From: a bacterium | Lineage (GTDB): Bacteria; Arandabacterota; Arandabacteria; Arandabacterales; JALGWA01 | Length of the DNA stretch: 29,341 bases | Direction: 5' to 3' | Assembly: GCA_050125095.1 (NCBI GenBank) | Contig: JASFEA010000020.1 | Location: 1-29,341, forward strand | Part shown: positions 16,818 through 26,119 of the stretch, piece after piece | Numbering within the stretch: position 1 is the first letter of the stretch | Layout: every line of letters begins with the position of its first letter | Notes under the pieces: model-generated | The model's input: only the letters and a program-made list of their open reading frames with translations | Databases searched by the model: none | What the model was told of the DNA's origin: nothing | Made by a program: the position numbers and the translations under genes

Positions 16818-19217
16818 CTAGCGCTGTATTATGACTTTCTCCGCGAGCGTCCTCGTCTCCCCCTTGAAAACAACGAAGTAAGTGCCCGGGGAGACCCTGC
16901 GCCCGGCCCGGTTGTAACCCTGCCAGTTGAGCTGCTCGACGCCCCCGTCCACGCGGCCGCGGAACAGGGTCTTGATGAGCTCGCCCCTCACGGAATATAC
17001 ATCGAGCGTCACTTCCTGCGCCATCGGGCTCGCGAACTCCACTGTAAGCCCGGCCGTCGTCGGGTTGGGGCTCAGCGAGAGCCGGAAACCGGCCACCGGT
17101 ATATCGTCCACTCCGGCCGAAGTCGTAATAATCAGAGTCCCGCTATAAATGCTGTGCTCAACGCCATACCGGTCCACACAGGTGACCTTCAACACGCCGT
17201 CATCGGTAGAGACATCCGGGACCACCCAGTCATACGACCGGCCCTCTATGAAGCCGCTGACCAGTTCCCAGGTCAGCCCGCCATCTGCCGAGAATGAAAG
17301 GGCGTAAGGATACATGGACTCGCAATCGAATCCCTCCCATGTAACCGGGTAAGTGCTTCCGCCCAGGAGCTCCGGCTCGACCGCGACTTCGATTTCGGGA
17401 AACACGACTTCGACGCCGGCCACGGCCCGGATCTCATAGCCTTCCAGGAAGCAAGTGACCAGAACATTCGCGGGACCCGATTCCTCAAAGGCCTCTTCCA
17501 CGTCGCCCTGGCGGAACACCGCGCGGATCTCGACCTCACCGTCGTCGTCATGGTCGGCGACGGAAAGCGAACCCGGCACGCACTTGGCCATCCCTTCCAT
17601 ATACACGCAGTCCTCGTCGACCGTAAACGGGTCAAGGCCCTCCGGGACTTCCAGCACCGCGCCTATGAGCAGGCCGGGCACACCGACACGTATGACCTGG
17701 GGATCGACCTCGGCCGAGGTCATGATCGCCTCGTCGTTGGAGTACCTCAGGCTGAACGCCAGGGTGTGGGCGCGGCTGATTATGCGCCCCGCCAGATTGG
17801 TGCCGGGATTGCCGGGGTCAAAGGTGTGAGGAATAGCCGGGTTGGCCCTCACTATCGCCTCCAGGTCACCGAGCAGGGCTTGGGCGGCAAGCGGCCGGCC
17901 CTGGCAATAGGCCACCTCGGCCGCGTCGAGAGCTGCCATGATCCCGGCCAATGCCCCTGCCGGGATGGAGTCCTGGCCTGACTCTATATGACCTCTGAGG
18001 TTGCCGAATTTGACCTCCACCACCTCGGCGGGAGTCCTGTTGTCCGCGGCTATGGCGAACCACGAGAACTCATCGTCCTCGGACCTCGACCGCCTGTTGA
18101 TCTTCAGGGTCGGAATCTCTTCCACGTACTCCACCGTCGCGTCGCGCCACACACCGCAGGGCCCGGACGGGCGGGTAAACACGCGCACTTTCTTGTCGGG
18201 CACGCCCGGTGGAAGCACCGTATCGATTACAGCCACCTCGACTACGAAGTCGAAGAAAGCGCTGGTGTTTACTTCATAGAACTCCGGGAAGAGCTGCACG
18301 CCCGGCGGCGCGGGACACGGGTCCTCGTCCGTTTTCTCATCTATATAGAGCAGCCCCGAGTCAATCACGGACTCAAAGGTGAACTCGAGCTCGCCCGGAA
18401 TACCGACTGCGACACTGTCACCCTCGGGGATCACGATGCCGCTGTCCGCGAAAGCGAATATGCTGATCGAGTCCTCGCTTCCCCCAAGGTAGAGGAGCCC
18501 GTCATGGAACGCGGCCGAGTGAAGGGTCGGACTGCAGAAGCCCTTCATGCCGTCATTGAGCTCGTGGACTTCAACCAGTTCGGCCTCCGTGGTCATCTCG
18601 TAGACGACACCGTCGTCGACGGCCGTAGCAAACAGGTTGCCGCCGTAGCCGGCCAGACCGGTGGGAATACCAATGCCCGGCAGGGCATATGATTCCTCCA
18701 CCTCGCGCGTGGCGCCTATCACAACGAGCCTCTGGAACAGCGCATCCAGAGCGTAGATGTCGGCCCCCCCGGCGAAGTCGAGGCCTGAGGGAACGAGCAG
18801 GTCTTCGGGATCGAAGCAGTCCTCGACCTGGATTTCGTGATCTGAGACCCAGGTGAAGGCGATGAACCTGCCGCCTATATCGCCCACCCAATACTGCTGC
18901 CCCTGAGCATCGTACGCGGCGGATATCAGCTTGGGGCAGGAGCCGGCACAGGGAACCATGCCGGTGGTCAAACGCGCGCTCTTTAAGATCTCGCCCGTCT
19001 CAGGTGAAAGGAGATACACGCAGGTCGAACCTACATGGCTCGTGGCGACAAGGAGGTTGTCCCCATCGCTCCCGAGACCGGTGACATAGTCGAACCAGCC
19101 GCCGTCATTAGGAGCGGGTATCTTGCCCACGAGATCGAAATCCGCGTGGACGGCGCTCGTGATCAGAAAACAAAGACAGGAGAGTACAACAATGGAATGC
19201 GATAATAATGACTTCAT
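16818..19217 (-). CDS. Large secreted protein with C-terminal FlgD-Ig/T9SS type A-like sorting domain
   Basis: Signal peptide; N-terminal beta-propeller-like repeats (PSGLDF, PTGLAG); C-terminal SPNP...VTLDVYSVRGELIKTL...WQG...SPGTYFV. Confidence 0.8.
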   Translation of the reverse strand: MKSLLSHSIVVLSCLCFLITSAVHADFDLVGKIPAPNDGGWFDYVTGLGSDGDNLLVATSHVGSTCVYLLSPETGEILKSARLTTGMVPCAGSCPKLISAAYDAQGQQYWVGDIGGRFIAFTWVSDHEIQVEDCFDPEDLLVPSGLDFAGGADIYALDALFQRLVVIGATREVEESYALPGIGIPTGLAGYGGNLFATAVDDGVVYEMTTEAELVEVHELNDGMKGFCSPTLHSAAFHDGLLYLGGSEDSISIFAFADSGIVIPEGDSVAVGIPGELEFTFESVIDSGLLYIDEKTDEDPCPAPPGVQLFPEFYEVNTSAFFDFVVEVAVIDTVLPPGVPDKKVRVFTRPSGPCGVWRDATVEYVEEIPTLKINRRSRSEDDEFSWFAIAADNRTPAEVVEVKFGNLRGHIESGQDSIPAGALAGIMAALDAAEVAYCQGRPLAAQALLGDLEAIVRANPAIPHTFDPGNPGTNLAGRIISRAHTLAFSLRYSNDEAIMTSAEVDPQVIRVGVPGLLIGAVLEVPEGLDPFTVDEDCVYMEGMAKCVPGSLSVADHDDDGEVEIRAVFRQGDVEEAFEESGPANVLVTCFLEGYEIRAVAGVEVVFPEIEVAVEPELLGGSTYPVTWEGFDCESMYPYALSFSADGGLTWELVSGFIEGRSYDWVVPDVSTDDGVLKVTCVDRYGVEHSIYSGTLIITTSAGVDDIPVAGFRLSLSPNPTTAGLTVEFASPMAQEVTLDVYSVRGELIKTLFRGRVDGGVEQLNWQGYNRAGRRVSPGTYFVVFKGETRTLAEKVIIQR

Positions 19218-19326
19218 GATCTTGCCCCTTTCGCAGCCTGCCCGGCGCCGCAGGGTACACCTTCCCCGCGGCTACCCTAACAAAGGAGTTAGGTAACAAA
19301 ATGAGTGACTTTAAACTCCATCGAAG

Positions 19327-19356
19327 ATTATACCACGAAACGGGAAGTCAGTTCAA
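19327..19356 (-). promoter_or_regulatory. Sigma70 promoter with extended -10 for the sorting-domain gene
   Basis: Minus strand TTGAAC-N18-TATAAT with TG at the extended -10 position; overlaps the kinase stop codon. Confidence 0.65.
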
Positions 19357-22300
19357 GCCGAATTGAGCCCTATATCGGGCGGCATCGGCCTGTTGGCCGG
19401 ATGACTCCAGGTGCGATATGAGTTCCCCCGCACGTGCGATAAGGTCCCCGTGCCTGAGATAGTGCCTGCGGAGCCTCGGAGGGCATTTATCCAGGATGCC
19501 GGCGGCCTCGGCCAGCGCGCGCCTGGAGTACTCCAAGCCGCCGCCCGCGTCCCCCAGGGCCTTCTCGAGATCAGCGCAGAGGAACAGATAGTCCACCTGG
19601 ACGATCCTCAGCTCCTCTGAGCGGGCCAACGCCTGTCCGGCCAGAACCAGAGCCTGCGAGGGGTCACCCGCCTGGGAAGATATCACGGCCAGTGCCCGCA
19701 GGCACTCGCATTCGGTGTCAGCGAAGCCATACCGGCGGCACTCGGCCAGCGCGCCCTCAGCCATTTCCCGCGCGCGCGCGGGCTCGCCGCGCCGGCTCTC
19801 GGCCTGTGCCGTCAGAAGCGCCACTTCTATCTTGGCCTTGGCGTGGCCCTTGCCCGGCACCTCGAGAACGCATTCGACCTCCGAAACCGCCCTGGCATCA
19901 TCGCCGTCCGAGAAATATCTCTTGCCCTTCTGCAGCTTGATGAGGCACTTGGTCTCTGCCCCCATGGCCTCGTCCTCATAGTCTATGAGCTTGGCCAGGG
20001 CCGAGTCGCGCCCGGCCTCATAGCCGATCTCGCAGAAAAGAGCGGCCTTGCCGATCTGTGCGCCCGCGGCCACCTCCACTTCGTCGGTCTCGATCGCGAG
20101 GTCATAGCACCTGTCATAGCTCGAGAGAGCGCGGCCGTAGTCGCCCGTCTTGGTGTATACGTCGCCCAGCCCCCCAAGCGTAACCGCCACCGACGGCTTC
20201 TCCCCCATTTCTTCCTGGATTGCCAGGGCCATATTGAGGTAATGCTCGGCGCTGTCCATGACGCCGCGCGATGTGTAGTATCCGCCGTAGGTCTGGTAGT
20301 CCCTGGCTATGAGCCGCTCATTCTCTATTCTCCTGTCTATGGCAAGCGCCTTTTCGAGATTGACTCTCGCGCGTTCATGAAGCCCCTGGTTCACCAGGAT
20401 CTCCGCGATGTTCCGCAGGCTCATTGCCTCGCCCTGCTCGTCGCCGATCTCCACCCTGAGCGCCAGGGCCATCGAGTCCATTTCGGCGGCCTTGTCATAG
20501 TCTCCCATCAGAGCGTAGATATTACCCATGTCCGAAAGCGAAGAGGCCATGAGATGCTTGGATCCGATCTCCTCCCTGATCTCATAGCTTCTCTGGAAAT
20601 GGAACAGGGCCTCGTCATACCTGCCGTAAGACTGGTACACCTGGCCTATCTTGTTAAGCGTATGCGCGATACCGCCCTGGTCGCCGATCTCCCGACGAAT
20701 CTCCAGCGAGCGGTTGAGCACTTCGAGCGCGCGGTCGGCGTCGCCTGCCGTCTGATATATCAGCCCGAGATTGCCGAGGCTCACCGCGATGCCCCGCAGA
20801 TCACCCAGCTCCTCCTTTATCGCGATTGAGGCCTCCAGGAACTCGATGGCCTTGTCTATCTCGTTTTTCCGGCGGTGAGCCACGGCCATCGCATTTAAGA
20901 CCCGCGCCTCGCCCTCGCGATTGCCTATGTCGCGGTAATATGTGAGCGCCTGTGCGAACTCCATGAGCGCGGCATCGAGGTCGTTCTGGTAGATGAGCAC
21001 CCGCCCCAGCTCGTACCGCACGGAGCCCGCCTTGGGGTCTATCTCGAGCGCTTTCCTAAGGTTGTCCGCCGCAAGATCCCATTCGCTGACATCCATGTAA
21101 ACCAGCGCCAGCCTGAGATAGCCTTCGGGGTCGTCGGGGTACTCGGCTATGAACTCGCTGTAGGACTCGACCGCCTGATCGGTATTGTACGTGACAGCAG
21201 CTTGCGTGGCCATTATGTAGGTTCTGTCACTGGGGGGCACGCGGTCCATGTTCTTAACGAGCTTCTCGACCGCGGCGGCCGCAAGCTCCTCCGCCCTGTC
21301 GTCGTAGCCGAGTTCCATATAGGCATCCGCCGCGCGGGCGTAAGCGATGGCAAAGTCCTCATCGTCACTGATGGCCTTCTCGAATGCCTCGGCGGCCTCA
21401 AGATAGGCGCCGGTAAAGGCCAGGTCGAGTCCCTTGCTGTAATTGGAAGCCGCGCTTACCGACCTTGTGCGCTGGACGCCCACCTCCCGGTCGAGATCCT
21501 CGTCGATATCGCTCTGGCTCAGGTTGAAGATCTGCTTGGTGCTGCGGGTAAGATCGTCGATCATGGCGAGAAGCTCTTCCTCTTTCCCGTCCACCGAACG
21601 CGAGCCGATCATCTCCTGGCTGTTGGCATCCTCTACCTTGAGAGTGATCCTGATCTTATCCCCGATCCGGGCGAAGCTGCCCGCGGCCACGGCGTCGAGG
21701 TCGGTCGCCCTGCCTATTTGCGCCATCAGGGCCCCCGTGTCGTTGCCGTTGGCATCACCCCCCAGGTCGCTGACTATATGCCTCAGACGGTCGGTGCTCA
21801 TGACGCGGAAGAACTTGGACTGGGCAAGATCCGCAGTGAGGTTTTCGGGGATACCCGATGAGAGCCAGTTGAGCTCGTCGTCCCCCGTGAGGTTCTCAAA
21901 CGGCAGCACGGCTATGAAAGTCCGTTCCCGCTCGAAAGTAAGCCGCGGACCCAGGCCGAAATAGAAGGCCGCCGCAGCCGCCACAGCCAGTCCCGCCACG
22001 GCGAAGATGAGATTCCTGCCGCGCAGGCGCATCTTGCGCCTGACATGCGCGTGTTCTATGTCATGCAGGATGTCGTCGGCCGACGCGTACCTTTCGTCGA
22101 CGTTCCGCTCGAGCGATCTCATGACCAGGCGGTCGACCCATGCGGGCACATCTGGATTGGTCGCCGATGGCGCATCGGGGATCTCCCTCAGCCTGAGCAT
22201 GAGAGTCGTTATTATGCTGTCGGCCTTGAAGGGGACGTGCCCGGTCAGCATCTCGTAGAGGACGAGGCCGAAAGAGTAGAGGTCGCTCCGGCCGTCGACG

Positions 22301-23046
22301 TCCTTGCCCTCCGCCTGTTCGGGCGACATGTAGTCGGGCGTTCCCACGATCTGCCCGGTCATGGTGAGACCGCCGGCGTCCATGCTCTTGGCGATTCCGA
22401 AGTCGGTGACGCAGGCGTTGCCGTCGGCGTCTATGAGGATGTTATGGGGCTTGAGGTCCCGGTGGACGACGCCCACGTCATGCGCGCTCTTGAGGGCCTC
22501 CAGCACCTGAACCGCGATATCAAGGGCCTCATCCACGGTCATCTTGCCCTTCTCCAGGATGATCGCCTTGAGATCCTTGCCCTCTATATAGGGCATGGAG
22601 ATGAACTTGAAGCCGTCGGCCTCGGCTATGTCGAAAATGCGGAGGACATTCTTGTGGGTGACTTTTCTCGCGAGGATGATCTCGTCTCTGAAGCGGGCGA
22701 TAACGGTCTCGTCGCGCGCGAGGTCGGGCTTAATGACCTTGATGGCGACAACGCGGTCGATCTCGCGGTCCCGGGCCTTGTACACCCAGCCCATGCCGCC
22801 CTTGCCGATGACGCCGAGGATCTCATATCGGTTACCGAGAACCCTGCCCGCTGCAAAAGCTTCTTCGTCTCCCGCGGCGCCGGCGGGCCGGCCAGGCACC
22901 GTCTCGCCCGAGAAGTCGGTGAGCTTGGTCATGTCGGTCTCGGGAAGCGTCAGGCCGCACTGAGGGCACTCATCCTCATCGTGAATGGGCCCTCCGCACT
23001 TGGGGCATTTCGCCGGACCTTTGCCTGGCAGGGTCTCATCCGCCAC
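19348..23046 (-). CDS. Hanks-type Ser/Thr kinase with zinc ribbon, TM helix, TolB/FlgO-like domain and long TPR array
   Basis: CPKCG...CPQCG; GKGGMG, VAIK, HRDLKPHN, DFG, GTPDYMSPE; TM helix; IAVLPFENL; many TPRs; RBS GGAGG. Confidence 0.93.
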   Translation of the reverse strand: MADETLPGKGPAKCPKCGGPIHDEDECPQCGLTLPETDMTKLTDFSGETVPGRPAGAAGDEEAFAAGRVLGNRYEILGVIGKGGMGWVYKARDREIDRVVAIKVIKPDLARDETVIARFRDEIILARKVTHKNVLRIFDIAEADGFKFISMPYIEGKDLKAIILEKGKMTVDEALDIAVQVLEALKSAHDVGVVHRDLKPHNILIDADGNACVTDFGIAKSMDAGGLTMTGQIVGTPDYMSPEQAEGKDVDGRSDLYSFGLVLYEMLTGHVPFKADSIITTLMLRLREIPDAPSATNPDVPAWVDRLVMRSLERNVDERYASADDILHDIEHAHVRRKMRLRGRNLIFAVAGLAVAAAAAFYFGLGPRLTFERERTFIAVLPFENLTGDDELNWLSSGIPENLTADLAQSKFFRVMSTDRLRHIVSDLGGDANGNDTGALMAQIGRATDLDAVAAGSFARIGDKIRITLKVEDANSQEMIGSRSVDGKEEELLAMIDDLTRSTKQIFNLSQSDIDEDLDREVGVQRTRSVSAASNYSKGLDLAFTGAYLEAAEAFEKAISDDEDFAIAYARAADAYMELGYDDRAEELAAAAVEKLVKNMDRVPPSDRTYIMATQAAVTYNTDQAVESYSEFIAEYPDDPEGYLRLALVYMDVSEWDLAADNLRKALEIDPKAGSVRYELGRVLIYQNDLDAALMEFAQALTYYRDIGNREGEARVLNAMAVAHRRKNEIDKAIEFLEASIAIKEELGDLRGIAVSLGNLGLIYQTAGDADRALEVLNRSLEIRREIGDQGGIAHTLNKIGQVYQSYGRYDEALFHFQRSYEIREEIGSKHLMASSLSDMGNIYALMGDYDKAAEMDSMALALRVEIGDEQGEAMSLRNIAEILVNQGLHERARVNLEKALAIDRRIENERLIARDYQTYGGYYTSRGVMDSAEHYLNMALAIQEEMGEKPSVAVTLGGLGDVYTKTGDYGRALSSYDRCYDLAIETDEVEVAAGAQIGKAALFCEIGYEAGRDSALAKLIDYEDEAMGAETKCLIKLQKGKRYFSDGDDARAVSEVECVLEVPGKGHAKAKIEVALLTAQAESRRGEPARAREMAEGALAECRRYGFADTECECLRALAVISSQAGDPSQALVLAGQALARSEELRIVQVDYLFLCADLEKALGDAGGGLEYSRRALAEAAGILDKCPPRLRRHYLRHGDLIARAGELISHLESSGQQADAARYRAQFGLN

Positions 23047-23091
23047 GGATACAGACCTCCTCCATGTATTCGCGCAGCCTGCCCTACAGGG

Positions 23092-24339
23092 CTACGCGCT
23101 CTCTATGAATGCCTCGCGGCTGTCACCGGTGATCTCGTAAACCTTCTTGAGAACCGCCTCCACCTCCGGCCCGGGCTCCACACCTCTCCGCCGCATCGCG
23201 CGGCCGGCCGTCTCGATAGCGCTGGAAAGATCGTACTCCTCGAAGCCCTGACTCCCGCCCCAGGAGAAGGATGCAATGAACTTGGGAGGATAACCCGCTC
23301 CGAATATATTGCAGCACGCGCCGACCACCGTTCCGGTATTGAACGTGGTGCCTATGCCGCACTTGGAGTGATCGCCCATGTAAAGCCCCACGAACATCTC
23401 GCCAGAGTCGACGGCCTTATCGTCAAGCCGCACCCTCACCGTCGAGTAATTATTCTTAAGGTCGCTCGTTTCCGTACCCGCGCCCAGATTGACCCACTCT
23501 CCCAGATACGAATGGCCGACAAAGCCCTCATGCTGCTTGTTGGCATAACCGTGCACGATGGTCTCGGCGACCTCGCCGCCGATCTTCGAGACCGGGCCGA
23601 TGGACGTCTCGCCGTAGATCTTGGCTCCCATCTTGATGGTGCTGCCCTCGCCGATATGGACCGGACCCTTGAGGCATGCATTGGCCATGACGGAGGCTCC
23701 GTTGCCGATGTGTACGGGTCCCTCGGACGCGTCGAGCACGACGCCGGGAGACAGTGACGCTCCCTCGCCGACGTATATGTCCGCCTCGTTTACGAGCCAT
23801 ACCCCGTCCGGGACCTCCGCGTGGATCCCCTTAAAACCGAGAAGTCGATGATCGCTTTCGATCTCAGGGCCGTTCAAGTTCACAAGGTCCCACGGGTAGT
23901 CGATGAACGCCGCCTCCACTTCGCGCACCGGGAGTCCGTCGAAGAGGCTCCCGGCGAGGGCCGAACCGACGGCCTCGTCCAGCGCCCCGGCGTGCTCCCT
24001 GCCCACGGCCGCGGCCACCACGGTCCCGCCGGACACATAAGCCCCACGCCAACCCGGCTCGAAAGCCCCGGCGAGGGCCGGCGTCATAACCACCCGGCCG
24101 TTTAAGAGAAGCGCCGGGTCTCCCTCTCCGAGCAGGTCGCTGTAGGACTTGACGGCGCCGCCGGCGACCGGCGCGAGATAGTCTCTCATGTGATAGCCGG
24201 CCACGGCTCCCAGCGCCATCTCAGACTTGCGCGCCAGCGTGAGAATGCCGCATCTTAAGCCGAACACGGGCCGTGTGAGAGCGAGGGGATAGAGGTTCTT
24301 AAAACGCTCGTCTTCAAAGATGATTACTGGGTTCGGCAC
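23092..24339 (-). CDS. GlmU-like putative sugar nucleotidyltransferase with hexapeptide-repeat domain
   Basis: LYPLALTRPVFGLRCGILT, PWDL, left-handed beta-helix repeats, NKQHEGFVGHSYLGEWVNLGAGT...SDLKN; RBS GGGAGG. Confidence 0.85.
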   Translation of the reverse strand: MPNPVIIFEDERFKNLYPLALTRPVFGLRCGILTLARKSEMALGAVAGYHMRDYLAPVAGGAVKSYSDLLGEGDPALLLNGRVVMTPALAGAFEPGWRGAYVSGGTVVAAAVGREHAGALDEAVGSALAGSLFDGLPVREVEAAFIDYPWDLVNLNGPEIESDHRLLGFKGIHAEVPDGVWLVNEADIYVGEGASLSPGVVLDASEGPVHIGNGASVMANACLKGPVHIGEGSTIKMGAKIYGETSIGPVSKIGGEVAETIVHGYANKQHEGFVGHSYLGEWVNLGAGTETSDLKNNYSTVRVRLDDKAVDSGEMFVGLYMGDHSKCGIGTTFNTGTVVGACCNIFGAGYPPKFIASFSWGGSQGFEEYDLSSAIETAGRAMRRRGVEPGPEVEAVLKKVYEITGDSREAFIESA

Positions 24340-24377
24340 TCAACCCTCCCATAAAGGTAATTAGCTTCCTGTAATTT

Positions 24378-24406
24378 ACTTTAGACGCTCACTTTTCGGC
24401 GGTCAA
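24378..24406 (-). promoter_or_regulatory. Sigma70 promoter for the GlmU-like gene
   Basis: Minus strand TTGACC-N17-TAAAGT. Confidence 0.55.
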
Positions 24407-24408
24407 CA

Positions 24409-24438
24409 TGAAACCTCTGGCACCCTAATGCCGTCCAA
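24409..24438 (+). promoter_or_regulatory. ECF sigma-type promoter upstream of the FmdB gene
   Basis: TGAAAC (24409-24414)-N17-CGTCCAA, resembling SigW/SigM-class promoters. Confidence 0.55.
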
Positions 24439-24464
24439 ATGCCGAGACCGAAGGGGTTCATGAA

Positions 24465-24656
24465 ATGCCAATACGTGAATATGAATGCAAAGACTGCCAA
24501 CTGAAGTTCGAGACTATCGAATTAGGCACAGACTCGGAAAAGCCAAGTTGCCCCCGCTGCCACTCCGAAAACGTGGAGAAAAAGCTGTCGCTCTTCTCAG
24601 GCTCCTCGGCGATGGGCGCTTCCTGCAAGATCACGCGGGGGTTCGGCTGAGGCTAG
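24465..24656 (+). CDS. FmdB-family zinc-ribbon protein, probably a selenoprotein ending ...C-K-I-T-R-G-F-G-U-G (end is 24650 if UGA is a stop)
   Basis: MPIREYECKDC...CPRCHS family motif is clear; the 3' end reads GGC TGA GGC TAG followed by a SECIS-like hairpin. Confidence refers to the gene; Sec read-through is inferred. Confidence 0.8.
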
Positions 24657-24660
24657 CCGC

Positions 24661-24681
24661 CTGCGGCGGTCAGCCGCTCAG
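24661..24681 (+). promoter_or_regulatory. Candidate SECIS element of the FmdB gene
   Basis: CU-GCGGC / GGUCA / GCCGC-(UC bulge)-AG; GGUC at +18 to +21 after UGA, the same offset as in prxU. Confidence 0.62.
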
Positions 24682-25496
24682 TTCTCCTTCCATTCTCCGT
24701 GGCCGGGAACCGGCGCCCTCAGACCCTTCTGCCGCCTGACAAGGTTCCGGAAGTAAGGGCCCAGTGTCCTGAGCTCGTCCGGAGTCGGAAAGAGTATGTT
24801 GTTGGTCTTGAAGTTGAAAACCCCGGACCTCCCCTCTCCTCCCGGCCCATAGCCCGCAGCGATCCCGTGCCAGGCTTCGTCGTACCTGAAAAGCGCCAGC
24901 ACCACGAGCCACGTGTCATCGAGGCGCCCGCCCAGGAGTTTGTCTATCCAGGCATCGATGTCCACTACCGCCCAGCCGTCTGCCGTCCCATACACATGAA
25001 TACGGGTCAGGGTGATGCGGGAGCCCTCGCCAACCCAGATTGACTTCTCGGGAAGATACCACTCGTGGAAAGTCACTGCCGTGTCCGCCCATACCGAACC
25101 GGGATGATATCCAAGTATGCTGTAGGGAACCGGCGTCTTGAGCTCCTCCAGGAAGGATATTCTCACCACGCCGGGCTTTCCGCGCTCGCCGCGCCGCCGC
25201 TCGATCTCGGTCACGAGCTCAAACGGAACGCGCGTCTTCCCCCCGAAGTCACCGAGGGCACTGCCTATGTCTTCGGTGCTGAGCTTCCCGTAAGCGTCGG
25301 CCTCGGCGAGCCCTATCAGGTACGCGAAGAAACGGTCCTTTACTTCCTCTTCGGGGAGAACGATCTCAGAGCCCGGGAGGGAAGTCTCGGGAGGCGTTTC
25401 CGAATACGCCGGCCCGCTTATGGCCCCGGCCAGCAGGACAGCGCAGACAAACACCGGGGTCGCGGGCGAATTGCCCAGAATCTTAAGCTTGTGCAA
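24678..25496 (-). CDS. Secreted hypothetical protein
   Basis: 272-aa ORF with signal-peptide-like N-terminus and protein-like composition (PVPYSILGYHPGS, DIDAWIDKLLGGRLDD); no family recognised. Confidence 0.7.
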   Translation of the reverse strand: MHKLKILGNSPATPVFVCAVLLAGAISGPAYSETPPETSLPGSEIVLPEEEVKDRFFAYLIGLAEADAYGKLSTEDIGSALGDFGGKTRVPFELVTEIERRRGERGKPGVVRISFLEELKTPVPYSILGYHPGSVWADTAVTFHEWYLPEKSIWVGEGSRITLTRIHVYGTADGWAVVDIDAWIDKLLGGRLDDTWLVVLALFRYDEAWHGIAAGYGPGGEGRSGVFNFKTNNILFPTPDELRTLGPYFRNLVRRQKGLRAPVPGHGEWKEN

Positions 25497-25520
25497 ACCT
25501 CACCCCCGCACAATTATGCC

Positions 25521-25549
25521 TTGACATTGAGAGCAACGGCAAGCGTAAT
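25521..25549 (+). promoter_or_regulatory. Putative sigma70 promoter for the cytochrome c gene
   Basis: TTGACA (25521-25526)-N17-CGTAAT. Confidence 0.5.
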
Positions 25550-25576
25550 ATGGATAACGGCTTCGTAGAGGTTGAT

Positions 25577-26062
25577 ATGAAGAGAATTGTTATCATCGCG
25601 GTTATCCCTCTCGCGCTGGCGGCTCTCATTCTTGCCGCCGAAGAGAGGGAACAGGCCGAAGAGAAACCCGTCCCCGCCTTTGTGGGCGACAGAAGATGCA
25701 AGGTCTGCCACCTGGCCACGTTCAAGGCCTGGGAGAAGACCGCGCATGCAAACGCCTTCGAGACCCTTAAGCAAGACGAACGCAAGAACCCCATCTGCGT
25801 CGCATGCCACACGACGGGTTACGCCGCAGGGGGTTATGGAAGCAAGGAGATGGTGATCGACCTCACCAACGTGCAATGCGAGTCGTGCCACGGGCCGGGC
25901 TCGCTCTATTCCAGATCGTCGGTGATGCGTGACCGCGGGCGCTCCGAGGAACTCGGGCTTGTGAAAATCGGCCCCGAGACATGCACGCGCTGCCATAACG
26001 AAAACAGCCCCACCTTCCGCGTATTCGACTACAAGGAATTCCTCAAGACCGGCACCCACTAG
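25577..26062 (+). CDS. Periplasmic tetraheme cytochrome c (c554-like family)
   Basis: Signal peptide; four CxxCH motifs (CKVCH, CVACH, CESCH, CTRCH); FVG...W..T.HA.AF and VQCESCHGPGS; ATG 25577 behind AGAGG. Confidence 0.92.
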   Translation: MKRIVIIAVIPLALAALILAAEEREQAEEKPVPAFVGDRRCKVCHLATFKAWEKTAHANAFETLKQDERKNPICVACHTTGYAAGGYGSKEMVIDLTNVQCESCHGPGSLYSRSSVMRDRGRSEELGLVKIGPETCTRCHNENSPTFRVFDYKEFLKTGTH

Positions 26063-26113
26063 GGGTCAGGTCTTGAAATGCACACCACCAGGGGTCAGGT
26101 CTTGAAATGCACA
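26061..26113. repeat. Perfect 24-bp direct repeat (2 copies, 29-bp period), REP-like
   Basis: AGGGGTCAGGTCTTGAAATGCACA at 26061-26084 and 26090-26113. Confidence 0.9.
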
Positions 26114-26119
26114 TCCTCC

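Noticed and set aside
22045-23757. Long plus-strand ORFs (570 aa here; also 19843-20829, 26374-27342, 2745-3530)
   Set aside because: Antisense shadows of well-supported genes, expected in GC-rich DNA; no motifs.
24418-24432. Sigma54 promoter TGGCACCCTAATGC upstream of FmdB
   Set aside because: GG-to-GC spacing is one base short; the ECF pattern fits better.
26061-26113. CRISPR array
   Set aside because: Only two repeats with a 5-nt gap and no cas genes; the repeat at 12572-12634 (15-nt gap) fails for the same reasons.
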